This document shows, in pieces, positions 30,151-41,113 of a DNA stretch of 64,000 bases. The stretch covers positions 224,001 to 288,000 of the forward strand of contig CBDCRP010000002.1 in the NCBI GenBank assembly GCA_965221165.1. The letters are read 5' to 3'. A model generated the notes under the pieces. The model worked only from the letters and a program-made list of their open reading frames with translations, did not search any database and was not told the DNA's origin. Position 1 is the first letter of the stretch, and each line of letters begins with the position of its first letter. A program made the translations under genes and the position numbers. The DNA is from a bacterium. GTDB lineage: Bacteria; UBA8248.

Positions 30151-31275
30151 CTAATTGATTTGTACGAATTTCGACCCCTTTACCTGCCAGAGCACGTAGG
30201 GGCTCTCCAGAACGTCTCCTTTCTTGTTGAACTGGAATTTGCCCAAAGAGGTGTTCCAGGCCTTGCTGCGCAGATGGGCGGCCAGCTTGGCCCCCTTGGT
30301 GCCGCCCGTGGCCTGAATCGAGTTCAGGAGCAGGTTCGCGGCCACGTAGCTGTAAATGGTGTAGGCGCCCACTTCCTTGCCGAAGCGTTTGCGGTGGTTT
30401 TTGATGATGTTCTGGGCCGCCGCGAGTTTCGTCTGATCCGGCGTGAACGTTATATAGGTGCCCTCGGCGGATTTGCCGGCGATCTTGTAGTACTCGTCCG
30501 TGACGATGCCGTCACCGCTCATGAAAACCGCCTTCATGCCGAGGCGCTCGCGCATCTGCTTCACCAGAAGAATGGCTTCGGGGTGGATGCCGCCGAAATA
30601 GACCAGTTCCAGTTTCTTTTGTTTCGCGGCCGTCAGCACCGGCGTGTAGTCCTTGTCCCCCTGCACGACGCCGCTGTAGAAGACGGGTTTGACGCCTCTT
30701 TTCTCCAGGAATCGCTTCGTCTCATCGGCCAGACCCTGGCCATACGTCGTCTTGTCGTGGAGAACGGCAACGCGCTTGAACTTGAGCGTGTCCACGATGA
30801 AGTTCGCCGCCACTTCTCCCTGCTGATCGTCGCGTCCGCAAACGCGGAACACCGTAGAGAAACCCTGCTCGGTGAGCTTGGGATTCGTGGACGCCGGCGT
30901 GATCTGAACGACGCCCGCCTCCGCGTACACGGTGGACGCCGGAATGGAGACCGAACTGTTGAAATGGCCGACGACGCCGACGGCGCCCGAGTTCACGAAC
31001 TTGTGCGCGATCGACACCCCTTCCCTCGGGTCGTGGCGATCGTCGCCCCAAAGGATATCCACCTTCATCTTCTTGCCGCCGACGCTCACGCCGCCCTTGG
31101 CGTTCCACTCCTCGACCGCGAGCGTAGCGCCGTTTTTCAGCATCTCGCCGAACGCCGCCTGATCGCCCGTGAGCGGACCGGCCACCCCGATTTTAAGTGT
31201 CGCGGCATGCGCGGCCGAACCCAGAAATACTGTAGCTGCCAGAATGGTCAAAACATGAAACACCCTTTTCCGCAT
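30151..31275 (-). CDS. Branched-chain amino acid ABC transporter substrate-binding protein (LivJ/LivK)
   Basis: Signal peptide (AHA), VGHFNS, STNPKLT, FRVCGRDDQQG and HDKTTYGQGLA motifs. Confidence 0.93.
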   Translation of the reverse strand: MRKRVFHVLTILAATVFLGSAAHAATLKIGVAGPLTGDQAAFGEMLKNGATLAVEEWNAKGGVSVGGKKMKVDILWGDDRHDPREGVSIAHKFVNSGAVGVVGHFNSSVSIPASTVYAEAGVVQITPASTNPKLTEQGFSTVFRVCGRDDQQGEVAANFIVDTLKFKRVAVLHDKTTYGQGLADETKRFLEKRGVKPVFYSGVVQGDKDYTPVLTAAKQKKLELVYFGGIHPEAILLVKQMRERLGMKAVFMSGDGIVTDEYYKIAGKSAEGTYITFTPDQTKLAAAQNIIKNHRKRFGKEVGAYTIYSYVAANLLLNSIQATGGTKGAKLAAHLRSKAWNTSLGKFQFNKKGDVLESPYVLWQVKGSKFVQIN

Positions 31276-31487
31276 GTTGAATCCTCCTGTCGACGGCTCG
31301 AAATTCTCAAGACCCTAGGAAGCGATGTGCACTACCGAGCAAACACCATTTCACCCTGGTGATTCGACCCGGCGGCAATCATGTTTTTTCAAAGTACGTG
31401 AACTTTCATTCTTCATACGATACGATAACGAAAAACGCCTTTCAAGACTTTTTTCTTAAAGATTCTTTATTGAACGGAGGCGGCCCG

Positions 31488-32054
31488 CTACGCCGTCTTT
31501 ACGCGCTCGGTGTATTCCCCCGTGCGCGTATCGATTTTGAGCACATCGCCTTCGTTCAGGAACAAGGGCACGGTGACGGTGGCGCCCGTCTCCAGCTCCG
31601 CCTGCTTGGTCGCACCCGTCGCCGTATCGCCCCGCACGCCGGGTTCGGTCTTTTTAATGGCCAACTCCACGAACGTGGGCATCTCGATGGAAATTGCGTC
31701 ACCTTTGTAAAAGAGAATACCCACTATCGTCTCCTCGCGCAAAAGTTTGACGCTGTCGCCGAGCTTCTCCTCCCCCAGTCCGGTCTGATCGTAGGTTTGC
31801 GTATCCATGAAATGCAGGAGATCGCCATCGCGGTAGAGATACTGCATTTGTTTTTGTTCTATCCCGGGGTCGTCGACGGACTCGCCCGAGCGGAACGTTT
31901 TCTCCAGAACGCGGCCCGTTTTGAGATTCTTGAGCTTCGTGCGCACGAAAGCCCCGCCCTTTCCGGGCTTCACATGCTGGAACTCCACGATGATGAAGGG
32001 TTCATTGTCCAGTTCAATTTTCAGTCCGTTGCGAAAATCACTTGTCGAGGGCAT
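31488..32054 (-). CDS. efp: Elongation factor P
   Basis: [19 protein letters not shown] and LETGA..VPLF motifs; start at ATG 32054 after AGGAGG. Confidence 0.98.
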   Translation of the reverse strand: MPSTSDFRNGLKIELDNEPFIIVEFQHVKPGKGGAFVRTKLKNLKTGRVLEKTFRSGESVDDPGIEQKQMQYLYRDGDLLHFMDTQTYDQTGLGEEKLGDSVKLLREETIVGILFYKGDAISIEMPTFVELAIKKTEPGVRGDTATGATKQAELETGATVTVPLFLNEGDVLKIDTRTGEYTERVKTA

Positions 32055-32086
32055 CGAATCGAAAAACCTCCTGATGATGAAAATAG

Positions 32087-33160
32087 CTACAAAACAACGA
32101 GTTCTTTCGTTATCGAACGAGTCAGCACTTGTTTTCCCCGCTCCGTGACGAGAACCATATCCTCGATTCTCACTCCGCCCCAGCGGGGGAGGTATATGCC
32201 GGGCTCCACCGTCACGACCATGCCCGGCTCGAGTTCCTGCTTCACGCCCGGCCCGAGCCGGGGGGCTTCGTGGATATAAAGCCCCAGGCCGTGGCCCGTT
32301 CCGTGCCCGAAGGCGTCGCCATAGCCATGTCCTGCAATAATATCGCGCGCGGCCTTGTCCACGTCCCCGCAGAGAACGCCCGGCTTCACGGCCTCGAGCG
32401 CCGCGATTTGAGCCTCCAGAACGATATCGTAAATTTTTTCGCCCTTGGGCGATGGCCTGCCCAGGGAGAACACGCGCGTGGTATCCGCATGGTAGCCCGA
32501 CACCACGGCACCGAAATCGATGGTGATGAGGTCGCCCTTTTTGAGTTTTCTCGACGAGGCGACGCCGTGCGGGAGGGCCGAGCGAGGACCCGAGGCGACG
32601 ATGGTGTCGAAAGCAGGACCGGAAGCCCCTCTTCTCCTCATCGCGTTCTCGAGGTCGAGCGCGACGTCCGATTCGGCGCGCCCCGGACGAATCAATTCCG
32701 CAGTCTCGCCGAGCGCCTCGGCGCTCACCCTGGCGCCCCGCCTTAATTTTTGGATCTCGCCTGAACCCTTGCAAAGCCTCAAACCTTCCACGAGGCCCGA
32801 GACGGGCTTCAAGCGCACCCCCTTGGCGAGTTTTCGCATTTGCCTGAAAACCCCGTGGGTGAGGTGCGCCTCCTCGAAGGCGAGCGCTTTCGCCCTGGTT
32901 TTTCCGAGTTCCTTTACGATTCCCTCAATCGGGGAGGAATGCTCGGCGCGGCGATAGTCGGGGTCCACTTCTTTCGCCGCCTGTGAGCGGTACCTGAAAT
33001 CCGTGATGAAAACGGCGCGTCTCGGAGAAATCAGGCACGCGCCGGCCGAGCCGGTGAATCCGGTGAGATAGTTGATGTTCCTCATGTTCGTCACGGCGAA
33101 AGCGGAGAAACCCTCCCGCCGCATCGCTTTTCTCAAGGCGCGCAGACGCTGCTTCATCAT
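32087..33160 (-). CDS. Xaa-Pro aminopeptidase (M24B)
   Basis: [22 protein letters not shown] and EPGIY..GGVRIED motifs; ATGA overlap with the aroQ stop. Confidence 0.93.
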   Translation of the reverse strand: MMKQRLRALRKAMRREGFSAFAVTNMRNINYLTGFTGSAGACLISPRRAVFITDFRYRSQAAKEVDPDYRRAEHSSPIEGIVKELGKTRAKALAFEEAHLTHGVFRQMRKLAKGVRLKPVSGLVEGLRLCKGSGEIQKLRRGARVSAEALGETAELIRPGRAESDVALDLENAMRRRGASGPAFDTIVASGPRSALPHGVASSRKLKKGDLITIDFGAVVSGYHADTTRVFSLGRPSPKGEKIYDIVLEAQIAALEAVKPGVLCGDVDKAARDIIAGHGYGDAFGHGTGHGLGLYIHEAPRLGPGVKQELEPGMVVTVEPGIYLPRWGGVRIEDMVLVTERGKQVLTRSITKELVVL

Positions 33161-33651
33161 GCCTCCGGCGGAAATTTCAGCGCCTTGACGTGGCGATCGA
33201 TCGCCGCCTGTAAAGCCAGGGCGTAACCTTCCAGGCCATACCCGATGATGCTTCCCGCCGCCACGGGCCCGATCATCGAACGATGCCTGAAATCCTCGCG
33301 CTTCAAGACGTTGGAGATATGCACCTCGTAGACGGGCATTTCCAGGCCGCCTACCGCGTCTCTGAGCGCGACGCTGGTATGGGTGTATCCTCCCGGATTG
33401 AAGATGCAGGCGGCGCATTCACCCGACGGCGCCATACCCGCGTGAGGTGGTTTGGCGCCCCCCGCGCGCTGGAGCGCGTCGATGAGTTCTCCCTCTACGT
33501 TGGATTGAAGGCACTCCAGGTCCACCCCTTCATCCCCCGCCATCCGGGTGAGGGCCGACTCGAGTTCGGCCAGCGTGGTCTTGCCGTACACCTCGGGCTC
33601 GCGCTTGCCCAGCAGATTGAGATTCGGACCATTCAGAAGCAGTATTCTCAT
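33157..33651 (-). CDS. aroQ: Type II 3-dehydroquinate dehydratase
   Basis: LNGPNLNLLGKREPEVYG, THTSVALRDA and EVHISN..RE.FRH motifs. Confidence 0.97.
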   Translation of the reverse strand: MRILLLNGPNLNLLGKREPEVYGKTTLAELESALTRMAGDEGVDLECLQSNVEGELIDALQRAGGAKPPHAGMAPSGECAACIFNPGGYTHTSVALRDAVGGLEMPVYEVHISNVLKREDFRHRSMIGPVAAGSIIGYGLEGYALALQAAIDRHVKALKFPPEA

Positions 33652-33756
33652 AGGTTTACCCAAAGAGGATGTTTCGCATCATACGGGCGCGGAATCTGGT
33701 GGGGAATGGTAGAAAAGACGGGCGATGGCGTCAATGAACAATAGCCGCCGAACCCG

Positions 33757-34842
33757 TTACGAACCAGCGAGCGCGCCTCGCCACAAGCGGGGCGAGACCT
33801 CGACGCCCGGGTCCACCTTCCCGATTTTTCGCATCAAGACGAACTGCGGGCTCCCCCGGCGCGTTTTTTTGTCACTGGCGAGCAGTTTTTTCAAAACCGG
33901 GAGTTTCGGCGGCTCCTTCATGTTCGTGGGCAGTCCGAAACGCTCCAGCAGAACGGTCAACCTCTCCACGTCTTTTTGCGCGCAGCGCCCCATTTCGCAA
34001 GATATCCTACTCGCCGCAGACATGCCGATGGCGACGGCTTCCCCGTGGAGCAGCTTGGAGGAATAGCCCGCCAACGCCTCTACCGCGTGTCCGAGCGTGT
34101 GTCCATAGTTCAGTATTTGCCTCAAGCCCGCTTCGTGCTCATCCTGCTCGACGACTTTCGCCTTGATCCGGCAATTCGAGGCGACGACCCTCTCCATCAC
34201 GCTGTTGTCGCGATGGAGAATTTTCTCCTCGTTTTTCTCCAAAAAGGCGAAAAGGCGGCTATCCGCAATGGCCGCGTGTTTCACCACCTCGGCCAGCCCC
34301 GCCTTGAATTCACGCTCGGGCAAAGTTCCGAGGGACGACGTATCGCTCACCACCGCCGTCGGCTGGTGAAACGCGCCCACGAGGTTCTTCCCGAGTTTGT
34401 GGTCAATCGCCGTCTTGCCGCCCACGGCGCTGTCCACCTGGGCCAAAAGCGTCGTCGGCGCCTGAATGTAGGGGATCCCCCTCAAAAAGACGGCGGCCGC
34501 GAATCCGGTGATATCACCTACGACGCCGCCGCCCAAAGCGATGGCGCCACAGCCTCTGTCCAGCTTCAAGGACGCCATCTTGTCCAGTATTCTCGATAGC
34601 CGGCGTAGGGATTTGCTCGCCTCCCCCGCCGGAATCCTGAGCAAAGACGCTTGAACGCCCGCGCCCGCAAGCAAGCCCAGAGTATTCTCGCCATACAGCG
34701 GCGCCACGTTGTCGTCCGTGACGAGGAGCGCTCTTTTGCCGCTGAAATGGCGGAGGGAGATTTTCCCGATATCTTCGAGCGCGTTCGCGGCGATTCGAAT
34801 CGTGTAGGAGCGCTCTCCCAAATGAACCCGTATGTTCTTCAC
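33757..34842 (-). CDS. aroB: 3-dehydroquinate synthase
   Basis: GGGVVGD, PTTLLAQVDSAVGGKT, LNYGHTLGHA and HGEAV motifs. Confidence 0.98.
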   Translation of the reverse strand: MKNIRVHLGERSYTIRIAANALEDIGKISLRHFSGKRALLVTDDNVAPLYGENTLGLLAGAGVQASLLRIPAGEASKSLRRLSRILDKMASLKLDRGCGAIALGGGVVGDITGFAAAVFLRGIPYIQAPTTLLAQVDSAVGGKTAIDHKLGKNLVGAFHQPTAVVSDTSSLGTLPEREFKAGLAEVVKHAAIADSRLFAFLEKNEEKILHRDNSVMERVVASNCRIKAKVVEQDEHEAGLRQILNYGHTLGHAVEALAGYSSKLLHGEAVAIGMSAASRISCEMGRCAQKDVERLTVLLERFGLPTNMKEPPKLPVLKKLLASDKKTRRGSPQFVLMRKIGKVDPGVEVSPRLWRGALAGS

Positions 34843-35894
34843 CGAGCCTCCACCGCGCGATAGGCCAGGCCCGCGCCGATGGCGGCGATGGGAGCCAGGA
34901 ACTCTATGAAATTCGAATCGAAACGCTCGTCGGGCACCTCGACATGACGAAAGGGCTTGAGGATTTTCACGGGCACATCGAGCGCCGTGGCCAAACGCGC
35001 CGGCAGACCCGCCAAGAAAGCGCCGCCGCCGGACAGGACCACCCGGTCAACGTGCGGAGCAGGCGATATCCGCCATATCAACCGAAGCGTTCGCCCCAGC
35101 TCAAAAGCCAGCTTGTCCACTTCCGCGTGGATGGTTTCGGCCACGGCGCCCGGATCGGGAGAAGGCGCCTTCCCCAGCTTGACGGCCTCCGCTTCTTTCA
35201 GCGGAATCGCCAAACGGTTCGCCAATGCTCTCGTCACCCTCGCCCCGCCGAATGGAATGGCGCGCGTAATCAAAATGTGCTCATCGCGCAGAACGGTCAC
35301 CAAAGTCTCGGATGCGCCGACATCCACCAAAGCGACCGTTTCTCCTTCTTCGCGCATTCCCGAGAGTTCGAAAGCGCTTTCCAGCGCCAAGTGGTTCACA
35401 TCCACTATCACCGGCTCATACTCGATGCTCTTCAAGAAATCGAGCAGTTCCTCGAATGGTTTCCGCCTCACGGCTATCATCAAATACTCATCCACGCGCA
35501 TCCCATATTTTTCGTATCGGCCGATTCGCAGATGGGATAAACGCACCTCGTCCAGGGGGACGGGCAGCACCTGCATCGCCTCCGCCTCCAGGGCGTCGAT
35601 GACGGGAAAATCCTCTTCCGCGTGCAGGAGCACCGTCCTCAGCATGGCCGCCTTGCCCGGCAGCGCCACGACAACCTTTTTATCTTCTCCCTCCCCTGCG
35701 GGGAGCAATTTCTCCAGCGCTCGCTTGACCTCCCCGGGGTCGCGCACGAAGCCGCCTTGTACGGCGCCCGGAGCCAGGGAAACCGCACCCAGACGAGAGA
35801 GGAGAAGACGCTCGTCTCTCTTTTCGAGTTTCACCAGCTTAACGGCGGAACTCCCGATATCAATGGCCACAGGATAGGTCGAATCACCAGACAC
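34839..35894 (-). CDS. pilM: Type IV pilus assembly protein PilM (actin/FtsA-like)
   Basis: IDIGSSAVK, VDVGA..T, IPFGG, LSGGGA and C-terminal AGLAYR motifs. Confidence 0.85.
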   Translation of the reverse strand: MSGDSTYPVAIDIGSSAVKLVKLEKRDERLLLSRLGAVSLAPGAVQGGFVRDPGEVKRALEKLLPAGEGEDKKVVVALPGKAAMLRTVLLHAEEDFPVIDALEAEAMQVLPVPLDEVRLSHLRIGRYEKYGMRVDEYLMIAVRRKPFEELLDFLKSIEYEPVIVDVNHLALESAFELSGMREEGETVALVDVGASETLVTVLRDEHILITRAIPFGGARVTRALANRLAIPLKEAEAVKLGKAPSPDPGAVAETIHAEVDKLAFELGRTLRLIWRISPAPHVDRVVLSGGGAFLAGLPARLATALDVPVKILKPFRHVEVPDERFDSNFIEFLAPIAAIGAGLAYRAVEAR

Positions 35895-35920
35895 GATAGT
35901 TCTCTATCCGGAGAAAAATG

Positions 35921-36946
35921 TTAGAACAGCCGAATCGGCGCCAAGGTAAACGTACATACCAGGATCATCATACACCCAAATCCCCAAAAACGCCTCTTTC
36001 GCGTCAGGGGCTCCCACTCATCCATCAACGGTGGATGACGCCTGCCCAACAGAAGCACTATCGCGCTCCACAAAATCCAGCCGGGCCACCAGTATCCCAT
36101 CACCAGCAAAACGAGGCCAATCGCGACCGACACCTTCGCGTGCCACCTGCCGAGAAGCGTGTAGGTAATGTGTCCCCCGTCGAGTTGTCCGGCAGGTATC
36201 AGATTCAAGGACGTCACCAACAACCCGCACCAGCCCGCAAAGGCCACCGGGTGGAGAAGAATATCCCGACCCTCGGGAACGGGGCCATACACGAGCCATG
36301 CGATGCCGTCGAACAAAAGAGGGGAACCCAGCCCGATTCCGCCCGAAACCCCCTCGGGCGTGAGCCTGGACATCATCAACCCGATGAACACGGCCGGAAC
36401 CGCGGCGGCCAGACCGGCCAGCGGCCCCGCTACGGCCACGTCCATCAGCGCGTTCCGGTTCCGAATTCTTCCGCGTATCCGGATGACCGCGCCGAACGTG
36501 CCCAAAAAAGAGGGGGCAGGCAAAAAATAGGGCAAAGATGCGTCCACCCCCCATTTTCGGCTCGCGACGTAATGGCCCATCTCATGCGCGCCGAGAATCA
36601 TCAGCAGCGTCAACGAATAGGGGAGTCCAACCAGCAGGAGAGATGGGCGGCCCCAGACGGCGTCCGGCGTAACGCCGCGCTGGAGCGCGCCCGCAAGCAA
36701 GGTGGAAAGCAACGTCAGCGCAAACATCAACCCGGGAACGCCCAGAGTTCTCCAGGAGGCGGCGCGCGCGCCTGCCCCGCGCTCGAAACGACCGACGCCG
36801 GCGGGGCCCGCTTCTCGCGCCGGGGGCGGGAACGGGTCTCCCCGGGACCCGGGATCGCCCACTCGCTCATCCAATTCTTTTGCTTCACCCGGGGTGGCAT
36901 GAAGGGGACGACCGGCCGGCCCGAGGTTTCCTGCTTGCTCGTTCAA
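35921..36946 (-). CDS. Site-2 protease (M50) family
   Basis: HEMGH, GTFGAVI, AGPLAG and NLIPAGQLDGGH motifs; start uncertain. Confidence 0.9.
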   Translation of the reverse strand: MNEQAGNLGPAGRPLHATPGEAKELDERVGDPGSRGDPFPPPAREAGPAGVGRFERGAGARAASWRTLGVPGLMFALTLLSTLLAGALQRGVTPDAVWGRPSLLLVGLPYSLTLLMILGAHEMGHYVASRKWGVDASLPYFLPAPSFLGTFGAVIRIRGRIRNRNALMDVAVAGPLAGLAAAVPAVFIGLMMSRLTPEGVSGGIGLGSPLLFDGIAWLVYGPVPEGRDILLHPVAFAGWCGLLVTSLNLIPAGQLDGGHITYTLLGRWHAKVSVAIGLVLLVMGYWWPGWILWSAIVLLLGRRHPPLMDEWEPLTRKRRFWGFGCMMILVCTFTLAPIRLF

Positions 36947-37088
36947 TCGCCGCGTCTCCGGGGGGTGAGGAGAAAAAATCGCGCATCCAGAAAAATTCTA
37001 ACCCAACCCGCATGATTCATGCACCTTGACACCTCACCTCTCAATTCCTACCCTCGCGTTTGACGCAGTCCGCCCACGAGAAAAAAAG

Positions 37089-39182
37089 ATGCCAAAAACC
37101 ATCATGAAATCCATCATCGTCGCCTCTCTCGCCGCGCTGCTCGTTTCAGGATGCAGAGCAGGCCCGGGTTCCGACACCTCCCCCACCGTCAAGCAAGCCG
37201 CTCCCCTTCCCGTCCAGGAGACGACGCCCGCTCCCGAACCCGCGCCGACGCCAGGGCGGAACGCTCAAAAAGCGCTCGCCGCAACCGCAGGAAGATGGTC
37301 GGCGCCCGCCCCGTCGCCCCCGGAGAGATCGGCGGCATCATTGAAGGCGAAGTCGAAAAAAAATCCGAACCCTCCCGACGCCGACAAGACGCTGCTCGAC
37401 ATCGCAAAGCACCAACTCGGGCGCGGAAACCTAACGGCGGCGGCGGGGAGCCTGAAACGATTTCAGGAGAAATTCCCTCTCTCGCCCCTGTATCCCGAGA
37501 GCGTGTTTTATCTCGGCCTGGCGCTTCAGGCCTCGGGCCGGCACGGGGAGGCGTGGATTTCCCTCAGAAGCAGCCTGAGCGGGGAGACCAGCCCCGAAAG
37601 ACGCGCCCTGCTCGAAGCCTCCCTGGGTGAGGTGTATGAAGCGCGAGGTGACGCTCTTTCCGCCCTGCTCTCCTATGCGCGCGCCATGAGGAGCGACCCG
37701 GAAATTTTCCGCAAGGACACCCTCATCGGGCGCATCGAGGCGCTCGCGAAAAAAATCGCGCCGCACCAGCTTCGCTCGGCGGTCGAGCGTTTTGCACAAT
37801 CCCCCGCAGGCCCCTATATGCAAGCTGCCCTGGCGGATCGGGAACGGCGGGAGAAGCGCTCCGATCCCCCGCGCGTCCCTGATTCCGGGCAAGCGGAAAC
37901 GGACACGCCCGAAGGCGTGGCGCGCACACCAGATGCGGAGCCGGCCTTGAATTCCGGGCGCGTGGGCATCATGCTGCCGCTCTCGGGTCCCGCCGCCGCA
38001 GCGGGGGAGCGCGTCTATCAGGGGGTCCAACTGGCGCTTCGGCACAGTCTGGCGAAATATCCGGGTCTCAGGATTCAACTCTCCGTCCGCGACACGAAGA
38101 GCATGGCCCAATCCGCGGGCCAGGCGGCGGAGGTCGCGGCCGAATTGATCGAGAAAGAAAAGGCGGTCGCCCTCATCGGCCCGCTTCTCACCAGAGCGGC
38201 GGAATCTTCCGCCGAAGTCGCGAACCGCCTGGCAACCCCCATGCTCACGCCGTTTGCGGCGGGAATGGAAATGAACCGGGATTTCGCCTGGGTTTTTCGG
38301 AACTCGCTCACGAACCGCCTCCAGGCGCAAGGCGCGGCCGCCTACGCCATCGAGCATCTCGGGGTGCGGCGCTTCGCCGTCCTACACCCCGAGAACCGGG
38401 ATGGAAACGAACTGACCGACGCCTTCACCCAGGCGGTGGCGAACCTGGGAGGCGAGGTCGTCAAGATCGTTTCTTTCCCGGAAAACGCCACCGACTTCGG
38501 AGCGCAAATGCGCGCCCTCGGCGGCATGGACGACAGGCAACTCAAGAGAACGAAACTCTCACGGGGGCTCGGCAAATCGGACCCGTACCAGATTCGGCTG
38601 AATTTCGACGCGCTCTTCGTTCCCGTCCATCACGACAAGGCGGTTCTCATCGCGCCGCAGATCCTCTTCTACAACATGCACGAGGTCAGGCTCCTGGGCG
38701 GCAGCGGATGGAACAACCCTCGCCTGCTCGAACACGGGGAGCGCTACGTGGAGGGTGCGGTCTTCGTCGATGGGTTTTTCGCCGATTCGGCGGAGCCCAA
38801 GGTCGCGCGCTTCGTCCATGCGTTCAGCAACATTTTCGGCCGAACGCCCGATATTTTTTCCGCCCTGGGCTACGATGCGGCGCAAATCATCTTCACGGCA
38901 ATCGCACAGGGCGCCAGGACACGCGAGGACGTGAGACGATACCTCGCTACCCTCAAGGGTTTCGACGGCGTCATGGGCCTGACGGACATGGGGGCGGACA
39001 ACGACGCGCAGCGCCAGTTGTTCGTGCTCTCTGTCAGCAGGAAAAAGATTCATCACCTGCAGATGGTCACGCCGCACAGGAGGTTTGCGCACGGGGCGGC
39101 CAGACCGACCTGGAGAGATAACGCATTACTCTCCCCGGCCCTGAACCCGGCGCTCCAAGCAAGCGCAGCGCCGAATCCCTAA
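37089..39182 (+). CDS. LpoA/LppC-like lipoprotein (TPR plus type-1 periplasmic binding fold)
   Basis: Lipobox VSGC, Pro-rich linker, YbgF-like TPR, VGIMLPLSG, IGPL and ALGYDA motifs. Confidence 0.8.
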   Translation: MPKTIMKSIIVASLAALLVSGCRAGPGSDTSPTVKQAAPLPVQETTPAPEPAPTPGRNAQKALAATAGRWSAPAPSPPERSAASLKAKSKKNPNPPDADKTLLDIAKHQLGRGNLTAAAGSLKRFQEKFPLSPLYPESVFYLGLALQASGRHGEAWISLRSSLSGETSPERRALLEASLGEVYEARGDALSALLSYARAMRSDPEIFRKDTLIGRIEALAKKIAPHQLRSAVERFAQSPAGPYMQAALADRERREKRSDPPRVPDSGQAETDTPEGVARTPDAEPALNSGRVGIMLPLSGPAAAAGERVYQGVQLALRHSLAKYPGLRIQLSVRDTKSMAQSAGQAAEVAAELIEKEKAVALIGPLLTRAAESSAEVANRLATPMLTPFAAGMEMNRDFAWVFRNSLTNRLQAQGAAAYAIEHLGVRRFAVLHPENRDGNELTDAFTQAVANLGGEVVKIVSFPENATDFGAQMRALGGMDDRQLKRTKLSRGLGKSDPYQIRLNFDALFVPVHHDKAVLIAPQILFYNMHEVRLLGGSGWNNPRLLEHGERYVEGAVFVDGFFADSAEPKVARFVHAFSNIFGRTPDIFSALGYDAAQIIFTAIAQGARTREDVRRYLATLKGFDGVMGLTDMGADNDAQRQLFVLSVSRKKIHHLQMVTPHRRFAHGAARPTWRDNALLSPALNPALQASAAPNP

Positions 39183-39231
39183 AACCTTAAGGCCTGTTCC
39201 CTGAAACGAGCGCCCCACGCAGTTCAACCCC

Positions 39232-40029
39232 TCAAATCTGAATCGCGCCGCACGAGATGGTGTAGGCCTGCCCGGTGATGCCGCCCGCATCTTCGCTCGC
39301 GAGATAAAGGGCCATCGCGGCGACCTCCTCGGGCGCCAGAAAACGCCCCATCGGAATGTCGTCGTGCAAACGATTCATCACCGCCTCCCCGCTCTCTCCC
39401 CCATCCGCATGTTTGGCGAGACCTTCCCGGAAGGTGTCAACTAGACCCGTGTCCACGAAGCCCGGGCAAATCGCGTTCACGGTGACGCCCGCACCGGCGG
39501 CCTCGAGCGCCACCGAGCGAACCAGACCCAGAACCCCGTGTTTCGCCGCATGGTAGGCGCTTCGGTTCGCCCCGCCGATTTTGCCCGATACCGAACTTAT
39601 CGCGATGAGGCGGCCCCATCCGCTCTCGGTCATCCCCCCGATCGCCGCGCGAAAGGCGTAGAACACGCCGTTTAAGTTCACGCGCATGACTTCATCCCAA
39701 AGGGCGTCCGTGGTCTCACCCAGCGGCGCATGGATGAGCGCACCCGCGTTGGCGACCAGAATATCGACCCCGCCCAAATCACGGGCCGCGCCCTGAACCG
39801 CATCTTCCACGTTTTGAGAGTCGCCCACGTCGCAGGTGATCGCCAAAGAACGCCTCTCCTTGCGTTTTATCTCCTCGGCCACCGATTCAATTTCCGCGCG
39901 GGTTCTCGCCGCGACGGCCACGTCCGCGCCCGCATCGGCGAACCCAAGCGCGATGGCGCGGCCGATGCCCCGCCCCCCGCCGGTGATGAACGCTCGTTTG
40001 CCCTCAAGCCGCATGGATGTGTTCTCCAT
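39232..40029 (-). CDS. SDR family oxidoreductase
   Basis: TGGGRGIG, YHAAKHG and VNAICPG motifs. Confidence 0.92.
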   Translation of the reverse strand: MENTSMRLEGKRAFITGGGRGIGRAIALGFADAGADVAVAARTRAEIESVAEEIKRKERRSLAITCDVGDSQNVEDAVQGAARDLGGVDILVANAGALIHAPLGETTDALWDEVMRVNLNGVFYAFRAAIGGMTESGWGRLIAISSVSGKIGGANRSAYHAAKHGVLGLVRSVALEAAGAGVTVNAICPGFVDTGLVDTFREGLAKHADGGESGEAVMNRLHDDIPMGRFLAPEEVAAMALYLASEDAGGITGQAYTISCGAIQI

Positions 40030-41101
40030 CTTCCATCAGCCGGTAATGTGCGGCGAGGCGGTCGAAAAAGCTCTCCAATTGGTGGATAACGGCGTCCATA
40101 TCGTCCATCCGGTTCACCTGCTCGCGCATCGCCGAACCCCCCCGCAGCCCCTTCGTGTAGGCCGGCAGATGTTTTCGGCAGTGGAACACGGCGAGCCGCT
40201 CGCCCAGTACCTCCCGGAGGAGCCGGAAATGGCGCACCGTCATTTTCTTCTTCTCCATCAAACCCGGCGGGGCGGGCAATTCTCCGGTTTTAAGCCAACT
40301 CAAGAGCCGCGAGAAAATCCACGGATTCCCGATGGCTCCGCGCCCGATCATCAGAGCGTCCACGCCCGTGCGGCGAATCATGGCGATGGCGTCCTGGGGG
40401 CTCAAGATGCTGCCGTTCCCGAAAACGGGAACCCGCACGGCGCGCTTCACCCGCGCGATGGCTTCCAAGTCCACCGCGCCGCTGAACATGGCCTGCCGGG
40501 TTCTGCCGTGCACGGTGATGGCCTTGGCGCCCGCGTCTTCCACCGCCTTGGCGAATACTTCCGCCGAATTTTTCTCGATGGTGTCCCAGCCGGTGCGCAT
40601 CTTCACCGTCACGGGTATGCGCACCGCGCGAACCATGGCGGAGACGATTTTGTGCGCCTGTCCGGGGTATTTGAGAAGAGAGGAACCCGCCTGGCTTTTC
40701 GTTATCTTCTTGACGGGGCACCCGCAGTTGAGATCGACGATATCGGCGCCCGCCTCTTCCACCAGGGCCGCCGCTTGGCCCATCTTGGCCGGGTCCGCGC
40801 CGAACAACTGGATGGAAACCGGTTTTTCGCCCGCTTCGTTGCGCATCAGGTCGTACGTTTTCTTGTGACGCCGCACGAGGGCCTGGCTGCTCACCATCTC
40901 GGTGGCCACCATGCCTGCGCCATGCGCCTTCACCAGCGAGCGGAAGGGCAGATTCGTATAGCCCGCCATGGGCGCCATGACGAGCCGGCTCCCGACCCTC
41001 ACCCCGCCGATATCGAGGGGGCCATCGAAACCCTCCGGAGGCGGCGGCACCACTTCCAGTGACTCCTCGCATACGCTCGGACCCGCTTCTTCGGGGCGCA
41101 T
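40004..41101 (-). CDS. dusB: tRNA-dihydrouridine synthase B
   Basis: APMAG, DLNCGCP, VHGRT and GRGAIGNPWIF motifs. Confidence 0.93.
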   Translation of the reverse strand: MRPEEAGPSVCEESLEVVPPPPEGFDGPLDIGGVRVGSRLVMAPMAGYTNLPFRSLVKAHGAGMVATEMVSSQALVRRHKKTYDLMRNEAGEKPVSIQLFGADPAKMGQAAALVEEAGADIVDLNCGCPVKKITKSQAGSSLLKYPGQAHKIVSAMVRAVRIPVTVKMRTGWDTIEKNSAEVFAKAVEDAGAKAITVHGRTRQAMFSGAVDLEAIARVKRAVRVPVFGNGSILSPQDAIAMIRRTGVDALMIGRGAIGNPWIFSRLLSWLKTGELPAPPGLMEKKKMTVRHFRLLREVLGERLAVFHCRKHLPAYTKGLRGGSAMREQVNRMDDMDAVIHQLESFFDRLAAHYRLMEDGEHIHAA

Positions 41102-41113
41102 CAGTTGTTCCCC

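Noticed and set aside
31488-32774. 428-aa EF-P with a long N-terminal extension
   Set aside because: The extension overlaps the peptidase in another frame, and an AGGAGG-preceded ATG at 32054 gives a normal 188-aa EF-P.
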